From NCBI GenBank assembly GCA_002633005.1, contig NMRA01000089.1, forward strand, positions 731,895 to 795,894: a stretch of 64,000 nucleotides of DNA. Direction: 5' to 3'. Each line of letters starts with the position of its first letter. Positions within the stretch are counted from its first letter, which is position 1. Below the pieces are notes generated by a model, which saw only the letters and a program-made list of their open reading frames with translations, was not told where the DNA came from and did not search any database. Source of the DNA: Phoronis australis. Its lineage: Eukaryota > Animalia > Phoronida. Made by a program: the position numbers and the translations under genes. Positions 47,101 through 62,100 of this stretch are shown here, piece by piece.

Positions 47101-50100
47101 CTCAGAACCTGACATAGCAAAGGTTAGTTACTCTAGTGTTGTCTGATGTAGTGGTCACTGAGGAGATAGGAAAAGTTAGATGTGACTTTGCATAGAATTG
47201 TGCAATAAGTTAGTGTTTAAATAATTCATTATACGCTTTTAAAATATAGTCAGTGACAGACAAGAATCCAACAATATTCAGGCCCAAATTAAAGTCATGT
47301 AACAATTAGTCTTGGTGAAACAAAAGACAAGGAAAATGTTTTTATTTACTGAATGAAACAAACATTTAATACAAAAGGAAGGGAAATTTGGTGGAAGTCC
47401 AGGCCTTTGTTGCATTGAGTAAAAAACTTATCGATCATTTCACAGTCATCACACTGAATCACTGCCTTCTATTTACAAGGTACCCCTGTGCATTGATTCT
47501 TCAAATTTCGCCGTTGTGGAGGCTGGTTTGAAATGTTTCCAAGGCAAATGCATCGTAAACAGTATCAGTTTGAAAGAGGGTGAGCAAGACTTCATCGAAA
47601 AGGCCAGAATCATTAAACGTCATGGAGCTGCGGTGGTTGTCATGGCATTTGATGAGCAAGGACAGGTAAGATTGGCAGAGACCACTCGGATATCATTTGC
47701 AGCTTGTTAATAGAGGTCACGTTTAAACACTAAACTAACTGAAGTCACACAGCTGTATAATTATGTATATAAAACATTTACTAAAAGTACAGTTAAAATA
47801 GTAATTTTATATTTATTTTGATATCAACACTCTGCACACTGTACTAGTAATGGGGTGGACTATTCTAAATCTCTATTTTTGTGGAATAGAATTTCTCTTG
47901 TCGGCCGTATTGCATGCTTAACGAGAGAAGAATTACGATTAATGCACTTGAGTCACCACTTTGCAGTATAACGTCTGGGCACTCATGGCAATGTACTAAG
48001 CAGATATGGAAACATGACAAAAGGGCAATTCTCGATATTAGTTTTGTCCGAAGTTAGGTTTTACTGTAGCTTTTCATAACTTAAAGTATTTCAATAATTG
48101 TATGTTGTTCTGTGTTAGAATATGAGCCATTTTATAACGGACTATGGCAAGAAGTTGGTTTTGGCTTTGAATTTCAACAAGATTTATTATTAAGTTAATT
48201 ATCGGTCCTTTCTTGTTCGTATCTTGTTTATTTAGGCCACAGAGATTGACGACAAAGTAAGGATATGTACGCGCTCCTACCGCATCCTTGTGGACCAGTT
48301 AGGATTTGACCCTAATGACATCATATTTGACCCCAATATTCTTACTATTGCTACTGGTATGGAGGAACATAACAAGTATGGAATTAACTTCATTGAGGCT
48401 ACCAGGATAATCAAGGTATGTTGGATTATTTTTGAATTTTCAGTTACTATGGTAACTGCTCACCTTTATTACTGAGGGATGAAACCCTTCCGATGTCATT
48501 AAATATGACTGCTAACAATTGAAATCGCGTAATTTTAAATCCTTGACAGAATTGCATTGCATGCATTAAAATGAATGGGTCTTTGTTATCAAGTAGCTGT
48601 CTCACTGTGAGATCATCCTCATTACCAGAGACATGAAAAGTTTTGCATGAAGCATGCAAATTTTACCATAGTGTCTGGGATTAACTAATAGGTCTGTGTT
48701 GGCCAAAAACCTTTGACAGCTAAAATTTTTCAAATGTCTAACTTGCATTTACATTTGCATGCAGGAAACTTTTTTTTAAGACAATGAAATATAGAAACAG
48801 AATTTCTTTGTGTCATTGAAAAATGTTCATGTCTTTTGACATTGTGGTAATCTCAGTGAAGAGCTATGATTATTGAGGAAGCTTGTTGCTCACAAGACTG
48901 CTAAAATCTAGGAAATGTTCATCTCTGAACCACTGAGCAGTGTTCTCTTTGTGCAGCATTTAGGTCACACATGCTTTCTTCAATGTGAGAGTTCTAGTTT
49001 AAGTATCAAGATATTTGTCTTCAAACAAAACAGAAAGCCTGGAATGGTAGAGATAGTTGCCAGATGAAATAGGATTCTTTTTGTTGTTTGTCTGACGGTT
49101 CAAAAACAAGCCATTTTGATTTCTTAGTTCCTGTATTGTTTCTTAATGTTGACCTTGTCACTGAAATAATTGTCAACAATTTCATTTTACTTTTGCTGCA
49201 GCAAACTCTTCCTGGCTGTCGCGTTAGTGGAGGCCTGTCAAATTTCTCATTTTCATTTCGTGGAATGGAGGCTGTCCGTGAAGCTATGCATGCAGTTTTC
49301 TTGTACCATGCAATCAAGGTGAGATTTGAAATCTGTATGAAAGTCATCTGCAGAAACATTAGATCATGATCACACTGTTTGTACAAATTTTTGTGCTGGA
49401 TTTTACGTGTTAATTGCAACAATTGAATAAAAATTTCAAGCATAATTTGAAGACAAATATTTCTTTAATCTTAGTTTGAAATTCTTATTGCAGCATAGTC
49501 TTGTTACATAGTGTTAATGCTGTTTATTTCCAAGGGTATTCTTGACTTGTTTTTGCTGCAAAGTGACATAACACGCCAACATTATGCTCATGTGCAATTC
49601 ACATTTGTTTTCTGTTCTATTTGACTGTACTCAACCTTCACTCAACATCTGGCCATGGTACTGTATCTGTATCTATTGCATTACGTGTTATTCAATGCAT
49701 TGTTCCAGGCCGGTATGGACATGGGTATAGTTAATGCTGGAAACTTGCCCGTGTACGATGACATTGACAAAACGCTGCTGGAACTCTGTGAAAATCTGTT
49801 GTGGGACAAGGACCCAGAGGGGACTGAGAAACTTCTCACTTTTGCACAGGTATAAGGAGCAGTCTTTGTTACAGTCATGTAGTAGTTGAATGAGTGTTGC
49901 AGCAGCTGCCTGATTTACAAAATATAAAAATAAATATAACTAGCATTCCAAGGGGTCCACACCCTGCTTATCCACAGCTGTAGCAAGGTATTGTAAAGCG
50001 CCTCCTTTGTCTCTCCTATGGTGTTGATCCTAGATCTGCACCTGTGTAGCAATAAAGGAAGCAATATGAGATGGTTTCATTGTGAGTTTAAAACATTCGA

Positions 50101-53100
50101 ACCACGTTACAAAGTGCCTGGCCTTGTATCATCCACTGACTTACAGTGCTCTATTTTGAAAGGCCCAAGCTAACTGTTCTGTATATATTTAGCAAATTGG
50201 TTACAGCCTGTATGTAATGAACTATTATGCTGCATTGTTTGACTAGAAAACTATTTGAATCTATTTGCAGTTTGCAAACTTAATTTTTCTCTACCTGAAG
50301 GTTTCTTTGAGCAAAAAAGATGAGTTAAAGACAAAGTCACATTCCTCGTTATTGTCACAAGATTTTGTATGGGAGCAACATGTTGCAAGCCTTGGGTCTC
50401 TTTTATGAAAGGGACTAAAATATTTAATTTAGAAATCTGGTCTCATGCTCAACATGTTTTTTCTGAAATAAAACTAATGCAATTTTTACTTGAGTAAAAG
50501 TGCAGTCTCTGAGAATATATACAAATTGCATGTTACTGATATAATATCAATAAGTTATAGGCTGTGATCCACTCATAATTACTTGGCTAAACTGAAGTGG
50601 GACCATAAGACCAAATTTCTATCTAAAGTCGCAAGTCACTTAGAACAGAGCCCACTCATGTACTCTACAGCTTGTCCGTGCATTTTAGCTTTTTTAGCTA
50701 ATTCTCTTTTGGCTGTTGTGTTGATTAGCAGTTGAAATGGAATTTGAGCCAGGCAAAGCAGTTTGATCTGATCTATTCCAACCAATGCCTCTTGTCTACA
50801 GTTGCACCCCTTGCACAAGTGGCAAAATTTGTACAAATGTACATCGTTGCCATACGTGATCATGAAATACTGCGTTATCTGATTGAATCTTTGCTCAATA
50901 TAAGGTGCTATTTGTTACGTATGTGTGTAGTGTTATAGGTGTAGTGTTATTGGTGTAGTGTTATGTGTGTTGTGTTATGTGTAATTTCTTGTTGAAGGGC
51001 ATGAAAAAGGGTGAGAAGAAGACAGGACCAGATGACAAGTGGCGGTCGGGCACAGTACAAGAACGCCTGGAGTACTCGTTAGTCAAGGTATAGGTTATAC
51101 AAGGATCTTCCATAATCTAGACTTTTCCTACAATTCTACCTTCTTAGCTTTATCACAACTTCATCAAATTATACTCGAAATATTATTTATTTTGGGTCTC
51201 ATTATATGATACTTCTAGTTATGTAGGACCCTGGAAAAGAGTGCAACTTTCTTGGCTAACTTAGGAACTTCATATCTCAGAAATGCTTGATCAGATTCTG
51301 ATACTATGCGTTGTTCTCTAAATTCTTTTAGGAATTGTTTTTACTAAAAATTGCATAAAACGAAAATAAAGATTTTAGAAGAACAAAAGGCATTTTTGAG
51401 ATCTCATCCTGAACATTTAAATCCAATGAAATTTTGTCTTGATATTGTTACTGTTGGTTTGCTTTAAATGTACTTTTTTTGCCATTTTTTTAAAAGACAT
51501 GGTCACCTGAACTAATTTATGCCATATTAGTGTAAACTCAAAAATCAAACTCTACAGGGTTTCTAATTTCAGAAAATACTTTTACCGAGATAAAATCTAT
51601 ATTAATTTTTTGTAGATGTTCACACACTTTTCAATAAGATCCTACATAACATTAATGGTAAAAACTTGCAATAAATTTTTCTATTGCCTACTTGGTTTCG
51701 TTTGTTGCTCTAAGTACCGTATAGTGAGACTTATTCTCTTGTAATGTCTGCGCATGGTAGCTATCTCATTTTGGAGCTAATGTGCTACTCAGGCTACTCT
51801 GAATACCATTAAATTTGATAAATATGCCATTTTTTTCCATTTGAAATGTAAGTAGCACCAAGTTGAATGGTTTTCCACGTTCAAGTTTTGTTGCGCAGGT
51901 ACCAGCTAACAAAGTTTTGAAAAATTGTTGGCATTTACACCTGAATGTTAGAAGAGCTTGAAAAACGTGATTTGAATCATTTTCTTTCAAAATTGGTTAG
52001 ATTTTGAAGAAGTACTCATAGTCATTTTTCATACCCTCATTCTGTCTGAAGTGTTAGTTTCATCCTGACAAAAATAACCTGTTGGTCATAAATTGTGTTC
52101 ACAGATTAACATAATCCTGGTACTCCGTTTGCAGGGTATTGACAAGTTTGTTGTGGGCGATACAGAAGAGGCACGGTGCAACTCAGACCTGTATCCACGA
52201 CCACTGAATGTCATTGAGGGACCTCTCATGAAGGTTGGAACTTTAAGATAATAGAATAATTTAACGCTGTTGTGTCACCTTATTGTAGCTATAGGTTTCC
52301 GATTTCATTAAGCTAATTTTATTTGATGGGTGGGGGCAGCTTTCACCACAGGCTGCATTTGTTAAGGCCTTAAACAGCCTTTTATTTCATCACGGTGGTT
52401 GGCAGCCTCTCGCTTGGTTCAAATAAAATGAAAATAAAATATGCACCAGCATTTTATTTGATAACTTATTTCCATTTTATATCCCCAGTCTGACTATGAA
52501 TACATTTATTTTGGAGTTGCTCAAGGTCCTGGTTTTCCTGTGAACGGCTTCATGTTAGTGAACAGGTTTCTGTTTGAGAGAGTCTGCACTTTATTCATCC
52601 ATATTATGTAAACACCTAGGACCAATGTATGTTACTCCCAGGTTAAAACACTTAAATGATGCTGCAGTTACTGCGTAAGCTAGTGTGTTTGACCTTATGT
52701 CCTGTCCTGTAAATTTAATTATTTTTTCTTTTCTTTTCTGCTGCAGATTCCATGTCATTTTGCTGCCTCTTGAGGAAGCACATACATCGGAAACACCGGA
52801 CTTTTAACAGGCTGTTTTTACTTCATTTTTACACAGTTTTTGTCAACCAGGTTTCATTTTTTTGTGTTTTATTTCGTATTTATTTCATTTCCGTTCACGT
52901 ATGATGGGCCCTTGTCATTACTGATGATTAGACTCCTTTCCACTGCAGGGCATGAGCGTGGTCGGTGACCTGTTTGGTGCTGGTAAGATGTTCCTGCCGC
53001 AGGTGATCAAGTCTGCCCGTGTCATGAAGAAGGCTGTCGCTCATCTGATCCCGTTCATGGAGGAAGAGCGACAGAGTAGACTAAAGGCTGGAAGCTACAA

Positions 53101-56100
53101 TGAATTAGTATGTAGTTGGTAAATAGACTTTTAGGGGGTGTTAATGGATTCTGGGAGTCTGGTTATTTGCAAATGTTTGGGAAGGACGTAATATGGGAAG
53201 TTTGAAGATGTAGCACATTGGTCTGAATTAGCAAGCTTGTGTTTACTTACCGTACTGTAAATTGTGGATCATCAAATGAAGTTGCGTAAAGTTATACAAA
53301 TTTGTTCTTTTGTGTTGTGTTATCTGATAATCACTGGCAAAGATCAGACCAGGTAGTCACTTTTTCTTCACTAAGTCAATCAATTACATTCAGTCTCCTT
53401 GGCAACACATGGTGAACACTTGTTGCTGTATCTTTGCTTAAAACATGTCGATGTTTATGCAGTTGCTACATTACCGTCTCATGGGCCTGTTGACTGCTCT
53501 GTCAGCCATGACTCAGGTGCATTGAAAGACGTACAGCTAGCAATGGGGGTGATCACGGAGGACTAAGTGACTTGACTTTAATTGTCACCTGGCTGTGTCT
53601 TCTTTACAGCAGGTGACATGATAGCGAATATGTTTGACTTTGTGAAAAGGTCCTTTAATTTACAGTGTAGTGTGGTAAGATGTGGTGCATTTTAAACAAA
53701 TTATGACAGAAATTCCCCGTTTTGGGACAGCGAAAAATTTATTATTTTCCTCAAGGATGGAATTTGTACCAAATTTCAGAAACTGACAGCATTGGCCATC
53801 CCAAATTCAAGAAACACAAGAAAGATGAATTTTGTATTGACAGCGATTTTTGAGGATTTTATCTCAGACTTTCTCAATACAAAATGCAGTGTCAGATATT
53901 TGAGAAATGTCAGTGATGAAGGTCGAAATTACCCATGTCCTAATCTTCAGAATCAAGAAATTTAAATTTCGTTTTGAATGTGAGTGTCCCAGATTTAGAG
54001 ACTTTCACAAACAGGAGAATATTACTTGTAAGTGAATTTGTCTCCTGCTCATACTCTAAAGGCAGCTAGTGTCCAGTCCTGAGTGATCTGTTGCCACCTG
54101 GCTACTTGGAAGTCCTTCTATGAGAGGGTGTTAAAATTTTTGTTTTCTTGAAAGTTGACTCAGAGGCTATTTTTAATTTAACGTCCACAAAGAGTTAGTC
54201 CTTCAGACTGATTTCGCAGATTTTCTGATCCATTGTCAAATTTGTTCCAAATTTCTGAGAGTTGATGAGGAAGGTTGCAGAGCATTATTTTTTAATGATT
54301 TATGAAATGATCTCGTTGCAGTTTCTTTTTGATTGGCTCGCACAGGGTTTAACATCCTTTAAATTTAGCTTAGAGAGCATGATTCACATTTCCCATTTGA
54401 GTACCGCAGTACAGACAGTACACTTATCTAATTGATTGTCTTCGCAGGACAGTGCTTATGTGGGAACTGTAGTGTTGGCTACAGTCAAAGGAGATGTGCA
54501 TGATATTGGCAAGAACATTGTAGCTGTGGTGCTGGGCTGTAACAACTATAGGTAGGGTTATCTTGAAGTTTATGCAACAATTATAGGTCGTTGGAGGGTT
54601 TAATGATTCAGGTTTCATGCAATTATAGGACCTTGAAAGGTTTAGTCATTCAGGTTTTATGTAACAATTATAGGACCTTGGAGGGTTTAATCATTTAGGT
54701 TTTATGTAGAATTATAGAACCTTGGAGGGTTTGATCATTCAGGTTTTACGCAGCATTTATAGGAACCGTTGGAAGGTTTAGTCAATCAGGTTTTATGTTG
54801 CAATTACAGGACCTTGGAAGGTTTAGTCATTCAGGATTTAAGTAACATTATAAAACCTTAAAAGGTTTAGTCTTTCAGGTTTCATGAAACAATTATAGGA
54901 CCTTGGAGGGTTTTTAAAATCATTCAGTATCAATCGGTATAGTAGCAAAGGGGCTTAACCCCTGGACCCCACTCCTACTTTTTTGAAGGGATAAATTTGG
55001 ATTTGGTATAAACAGTTACTTTTTGCTCATTGCTTTTGTGAGTTGTCTTGTGACTAAGGTTTGTTAAAGTTACGTGTGACCTTGTTGACAAGTATTTGCA
55101 TTCAGCCAAATATTTACAAAAGTTAAGATTTAACTTTATTATGTTTTCTGCCTGTAGAATTTGCATTTTACCACACACACACACACGCACACGCGCGCGC
55201 ACGCACACACACGCTCACACACGCACACACATCACGTGTTGGGTTACTTTATTAGTAAATGATATTTTGCCATGTAGTCAGGGATGATAACAGTGTTTTA
55301 AATTTTTTACAGGGTAATTGATTTGGGCGTTATGACTCCGTGTGACAAAATATTGAAAACCGCAATGGAAGAAAAAGCTGACATCATTGGTCTGTCAGGT
55401 TTGATCACACCCTCCTTGGATGAAATGATCTATGTTGCAAAGGAGATGGAGCGAATCAACTTACAGGTGCCGCTGCTCATAGGTGGCGCTACAACCTCCA
55501 AGTAATTGTCACTCTGATTTTATTTTAAAATTTTTGCTCGTGCTTGAGCAGCAAATTTTCTCACAAGCACGTTGTTGAACACGACCTTCTATTTACACTT
55601 TACCTAGTAACTTCATCTCTCTAATTCGCGGCAGTCAGGGCTGCGTTCTATAGGCCCAAGACACTGGTGAGAAAAGCTAAATCTAATTACATTACTTAGC
55701 TTGTTACGCATGGTGATGTCCCGCGCATTTGAGTTTCATGAATCTGAATGATTGTACTACAGTTCGTCTTACAATGAGACGTTGAACTAAAAGCACACCA
55801 AACTATGTTATATGAATTAACATTATAACAAGTCAAATAGCTTTCGTTGGTCCCACCATTTTTCCCTTATTTATCACCGGCATTTCGCTGAGAGTCCCGT
55901 TGTCTACTTAAGAGTTGCTTTTGCGGACTACTGCAATCTTAATAATTTTATTTTTTATGTTTGCAGACAACATACAGCAGTAAAGATCGCCCCACAGTAC
56001 AAAAACCCTGTAGTTCATGTATTGGATGCTTCAAAGAGTGTGGTGGTGGTACGTTCAATTTGTGTGTAATTGTTTCACTTTTTTACAGAATGACAGGCTT

Positions 56101-59100
56101 GTCACGATGTTCAAGCTATGGCTGTCATAGGTGTAAAAAGTAACGTGCCAAAAATAATCAGACTAAATGACCCACAATTCCGTGGCATGATGGCTGAGCC
56201 AAACTGGTAGTCCCTGTCATGACAGCCGGTTTCATCTGGACTTCAGCACCAGAGTAGAAAGACCCGTCATGGCAGGGAAATGGTTTGTCTGATTAGGGTT
56301 TGCATGTACTTTAAATACTAACCAGTGCAAGACTCAAAAGTGATCAAACAAAATACTGTTTCCCTATTGTGACGTCTACAGCAAAAAGGACTGATAATAA
56401 CTATTATCATCATGGTGAAAAATTCTACTCACGCAACGGCTTAGCCACCTTGCTAACTTTCCTGTTAATTCCCCTTTATTCTCGATCATCAGGGGAGACT
56501 ACTCTGATGATGGACACAGTACAGGGAATTATGGGTCATTTTGTCTGAAAACTTTTGGTTTGTACTGCAGATGTAAAGTTTGGAAGAAGTAGCTGATATG
56601 TGCGTGAAAACATTGCACCTTTGAGGATGTGTGGCACGTGCTTTATAAAAATGGAACAAAAACGGATAAGTAGGACATTGTTTGCTGAATGACTCGATCA
56701 AAGATACCTCAAAACGTGGGTCTTGCGGTAATAAGTTTGCAAAATAGCTCTAGCGGTTGACAACCGCATTATTTTGTACATGAACTGAGATGTTGTTGTA
56801 GCTTTTGCTGTTTGTCATTTGTACAGGATGTTATCCGGGTTTGTTTGCACCAAGTGGTCCCTTGATATTGTAAACATTTTACCAATGACATCCTGATCAA
56901 ATAAAGCAGGATTGAACTGGTGTTCTTTTTAACATTTTCATTTGTTTACTGTAAAAGTTGGAATGTGATTTATTTACAAATGATGATGACATTACAGTGC
57001 TCTCAATTGATGGATGACCTTTTGAGAGAGGAACTGATGGATGAACTAATAGAAGAATATGATGAGATCCGCGAGGAACATTATGACTCCCTAAAGGTTT
57101 GTACTGTATGAAGAAGCATGAATCATTCACGCTCTCTCTATCTACCGCCACCTCTGCCTCACTATCTCTCCTTCACTCCTCCTGCCGTCCATCACTCCCC
57201 CTGTCCCTCACTCCTCCCTCTTCCCCTCTCCCCACTCTGCCTTCTCCCACACTTCCCACATCTTCATCACACGCCCCCCCCTCCCCCCGCCCTCCCACCT
57301 GTCTCTCACTTCCCCTCTTCCAAACAACGAACATACAACTATTTGGCATTGTAAGAGCTTGAAAGCATCCCAGACATGACTTACTTTTTAATTCTGATGA
57401 GCAAGATAGCCAGAGTTGACAAAAATGGCATGTAAAAAGTCTTATTCAGGAAGATTTTGTGACGGTGAACTTCATGAGTAAATCATTTGTTGATCACACT
57501 GCACAACGATGGTAATTTGCGGCATGGTGATTGCAAAGAATTTGTGCTGTGAAATCCCACTGTCTGAAATCTCCATCCAAATTAAGGTGAACTGTATGTG
57601 GCACCGAAAGTTGTTCGCCAAGTACTCTCACTGTCACTTTTATGTCAGAAAATGGCTACATGCAAAGGTTTATAACCTGTTTTGATGATTTTCCCCAAAA
57701 TTGCTTCTGTCACCTCCTACTGCGCAATTATTGCTTCCCCAGAAAGATGAAAGCATTGTTCAACATAAACTTTGTCCTCACTGTGTCACAAAGTGTACTC
57801 GTTGATTTGAGTTGCATGTTTTTTGCCCAAAGCATTGTTGAACTTGAATCAAACTTTAGGGATTGGCGAATGCCAACAGACCATCATTCGATTCAAATGT
57901 TTGAGTGTCGTGTCATCATTAATATTTTTTAATTATCAAAATCAGGATTTAACCTAATTTTAAACAAGATTTTCGAAAACGTCATTAGATAATCATTATA
58001 CAGAACAACATCGTAAAGTTTCGTGACATAATATAATTTTAAACTCTGCAGGACAGGAAGTATTTGCAACTGAATGTAGCCCGCGAGAAGAAGTTCCACA
58101 TTGACTGGAATGAAGCGCCACCTGTTGGTAAGACTTAAACATACTATAATTTCATACTTCATCCCAGACATTACTTGCCTCTTGGCATGTTTCACTATTT
58201 GGGATGTTTTTGTCTTTAAAGTATTCAATTTATTCAGAAATTTTCTTTATAGGTTATTAGTTCAGAAGCATTTTGTCCTGTTCAGCTGCCTAAAAAATAA
58301 GAATTGAACTAGGCTTGTCATAAAATTGGTCGCATAACATGCTTTGCCGTAGTAGGAGTCTATTTCTGTTTCCAACTCATGCTGCAGACTAAATTAGCCA
58401 GTAATGCTCATTTGTTATCAGCAGGTTACGTAACGTTTGAGTCAAAGCAACTGATACAAAACTAAGATCTTGTCTCATAGCCTCATCATTAATCACGTTG
58501 ATCTATTTGTGTTTCATTTGCAGTTTTAGAATAAAATTCGAAATACGACAAAACCTAATGTCGCTTATGAACAAACAAAAAGTATAGGCATAAAGCCGAT
58601 CACGTATTTTTTTTGGATGAGATCTCATGGTTCTTTCCAGCCGCCCCTGCCAAGCTTGGTGTCCAGTACTTTGAAGACTATGATCTTCAGTGCCTTATTC
58701 CGTACATTGACTGGAAACCATTCTTTGATGTCTGGCAGTTAAGGGGAAAGTACCCCAACCGGGGCTACCCCAAGATTTTTAATGACAAGACTGTAGGTAA
58801 GCTAATTCTGGATTTATACTCTGTAGTTTTATTTACTTGCTGAAAATTTACATTATTTTCCTTGGCCCTCAGCAATGTTGATGCCTGTGCTAATTTATCC
58901 TCACTGCATATTCAACTGTCCACTGAAAATTACCACAAAGTGTCATCATTTCTGAATTCTGTATTTTATTTCAGTAGGCAGGTCAAGTACCTCTTCTGGG
59001 TGATCCAGTCACTCACATGTCAAAGAACTTTCCTCCAAACAACTGTTTCTAAACGATAATTAAATCTCACTTGAGCTAAAATACAATCTCCTAGATACCC

Positions 59101-62100
59101 ATACTTTCTAGTATTAGTAGTTGCTGTGATAATTTTGTATAAATTGTTTCTAGATTCATGTGTTAGCAATTTATTCTGTTCAGTTACTGTAATGTGGGAA
59201 CGTTAGACCAAATTTCAGTCTTAATTCTTAAGTCACTTTACATGAAACACTGACCCCTGGTGTCTATTTGTTCTGTATAGGCTTACTGTAACTTTATTTG
59301 TCACAGGTGAAGAGGCTCGCAAAGTCTTCAATGATGCTCAGAAGATGTTGAATATGTTTATTGAGGAGAAGCTGATCTCCGCACGTGGTGTGATAGGTTT
59401 CTTCAAGGCAGCTAGCAGGGACGATGATATTCATGTCTACAGCAATGATGGTCAGCCATTGTCCACTCTCTTTGGTCTGCGTCAGCAGGCTGAGAAGGAC
59501 GCTCAAGTGAATGAGCCTTACATGTGTTTGTCGGACTTTGTCGCCCCCGAGGATTCTGGGAAGGACGACTACATAGGAATGTTTGCCGTCAGTTGTGGTT
59601 TTGGTGCTGAGGAGCTCTGCCAAAAGCAAGTCTAAATTTAGATTTGGAGTCAGTTCTGTTGTTTATGTAGAAAGTATGTCCTTGAGTTGTCAAGCGAGGC
59701 ATTAAAAGTAATTATTCTTCTTAAGGTTATGTATTCTATTATCAGCAAGTTTCTCCTTCTCTCACCCTCTCTCTCTCTCCTTTCCCCTCTCCCTCTCTTT
59801 CTCTCTCTCCCCCCGTCCCTCCCTCCCTCCCTCTATCTCACCTCCAACGATATAAATTATCAACCAGGTTTACCTGAAATATGTCTTAAAACTTTCATGT
59901 CAAGATGGAAAAAATAATTTCCATACCAAACAGGTCTTTCGGACATCAACAATTTAAGTACAAAGGTGTCAAAATGCATGATATTTGACATGAGCCAAGT
60001 CCTTCCAAAACTCGAACCCTGTCATATCAATCACTGGGGATCCCTTTGGGCATACAAAGTTTGTTTCCACACTTTTAATGTTTTATAGGTTGAAGGCAGA
60101 AAGGAAATTCTCCTTTACTTGGCCTACCCCATGAAGAATAGTTTATTCTACTTGATGAATGACCAAACTTGTTGTCTCCTTTAGATACCAGAAGGACATG
60201 GACGACTACAGCAGTATTATGGTGAAAGCTTTGGCAGATCGTCTGGCTGAGGCATTCGCTGAACAACTGCACGAACGTGTGCGCAAGGAATTGTGGGGTT
60301 ACGCATCAAACGAGGAATTGCATGCTTCTGATCTGCATAGAATAAAGTACAAGGTATGCGGAAGATAATGAGACGAACAGTACAAGACAAAAGAAATCGG
60401 ATAAAATACTCTCTTCATGACGGCTAATTCTGTTAACAGCTAAAATGGCAAAACTCCAATTCCGATTTATATTCGGTCACGAGGGAAGACTACTAGGGTG
60501 ATTAATTCGGCTTCCACTCAGTTGTCACGACGGGGTATACTAAGTTATTTTGTCCGAATACTTTTGGCTTGTACTGTATTAGCATTCTGCACTGTGTGTT
60601 AATATGAAAGACAACTTGTAGCTGGTTATTATTCCAGAATTTCCAGTGAATCTCCTGCTTAGATTCTATTCAGTTAGTGAAAAAATGAATTTTTATTCTT
60701 GAATGTGCACTATATCTGATCTACCTCCAATACTGGTTGATTTTAGTAAAGACAAAATATTTTTTTCTGAAATTCATTGCTTTGTTTTTCCTTTCTTGAG
60801 GAATCCTTTAGAACTTGCACATTTTTCTGATTCGCTTGTGAAATCTGTGCCTATTCATTGAGTTCAAGATGTGTAGTATGAAAAAAGTGTGTTTTGCGTT
60901 TTGTAATTTTTGGAAAGAAGACTACGCTCTGTTGTTGATAAAATAGCCACCATCACGGTGTCTTATAACTAATTATCGATATGCTACCTTCTGTCTGGCA
61001 GGGTATCCGCCCTGCTCCGGGATATCCCAGCCAGCCGGATCACACGGAGAAAGAGACCATGTGGGAACTACTTCATCCAGAGAAGATCGGCATCAAACTT
61101 ACTGAGTCCCTAGCAATGGATCCCGCGGCATCGGTGTCGGGACTGTACTTTCCCCACCCCATGTCAAGCTACTTCTCAGTTGGAAAGATAACCAAGGAAC
61201 AGGTATTCACTTTTGGACATAATTTTCTACACTTGTAGGGTTGCAAAGTTACAAGTACATTTTTCGAATGTTTATGAAATAGTCACATACTGACCCAGAA
61301 AGCGCCAAGAGTCATTGTATCTGGGTTAAATAGTAAAATACAAAAAAAATCTATGTACAGTCTACATAAAAGTACATTTCGCACTGTTTAGGTGTTAATG
61401 TTTAGTGCAAACCAAAGCGTGTTGGAGTTTACCTATTTACCATGCTTATCCGATCTTGAATTATTACTGAATGAGGCGGCAACTAAGTCACAGGCAATGC
61501 ATACATTGCGCTATTTTTGAATCCTCACTTTTAGTGTTACCCAACTCCAATAAACTCCGAAGAGTTATTTTGAGTCGCTGATGGTTTCAATGCAGTTGTT
61601 ATTGGTAATGAAAACACAGTCGCACCATGGAAAGAAATTTTAGGAGAATGATTTTTTAGAAAAAGTCCTGATTTGATTGTCAGAGTTGTTTCAGTGATCT
61701 AAGCTGGACAAAATGCAGCTTAAACATGCAAGTGTATCAACATTGTCATAAGGAATGGATGTTCAGTTGTAAAGTAATTGATCCATACTATTGATCTTTT
61801 TGAAAGTCTTTTGCAAGTTGTGAGTTAATTAACAAAGAGTACTCGAGTCAAGGCTGTTCATTATGCTGACGTCAGAGTCTTGTCTGAAGGACTTGTTAGC
61901 AACATACGTTTAGGGACAGCTTTTCTCATAGTTATGGAGCATCTAACATTTTGATCATTGACATATTTCTGGTAATGATTATCAATACTGAACTTAGCTT
62001 TTTCTGGCTATACTGCGTCCTAAATATTTTTTGTTCGATAGGTTGAGGATTATGCTCAAAGAAAACAGATGGATGTGAAAGTCGTTGAAAGGTGGCTTGG

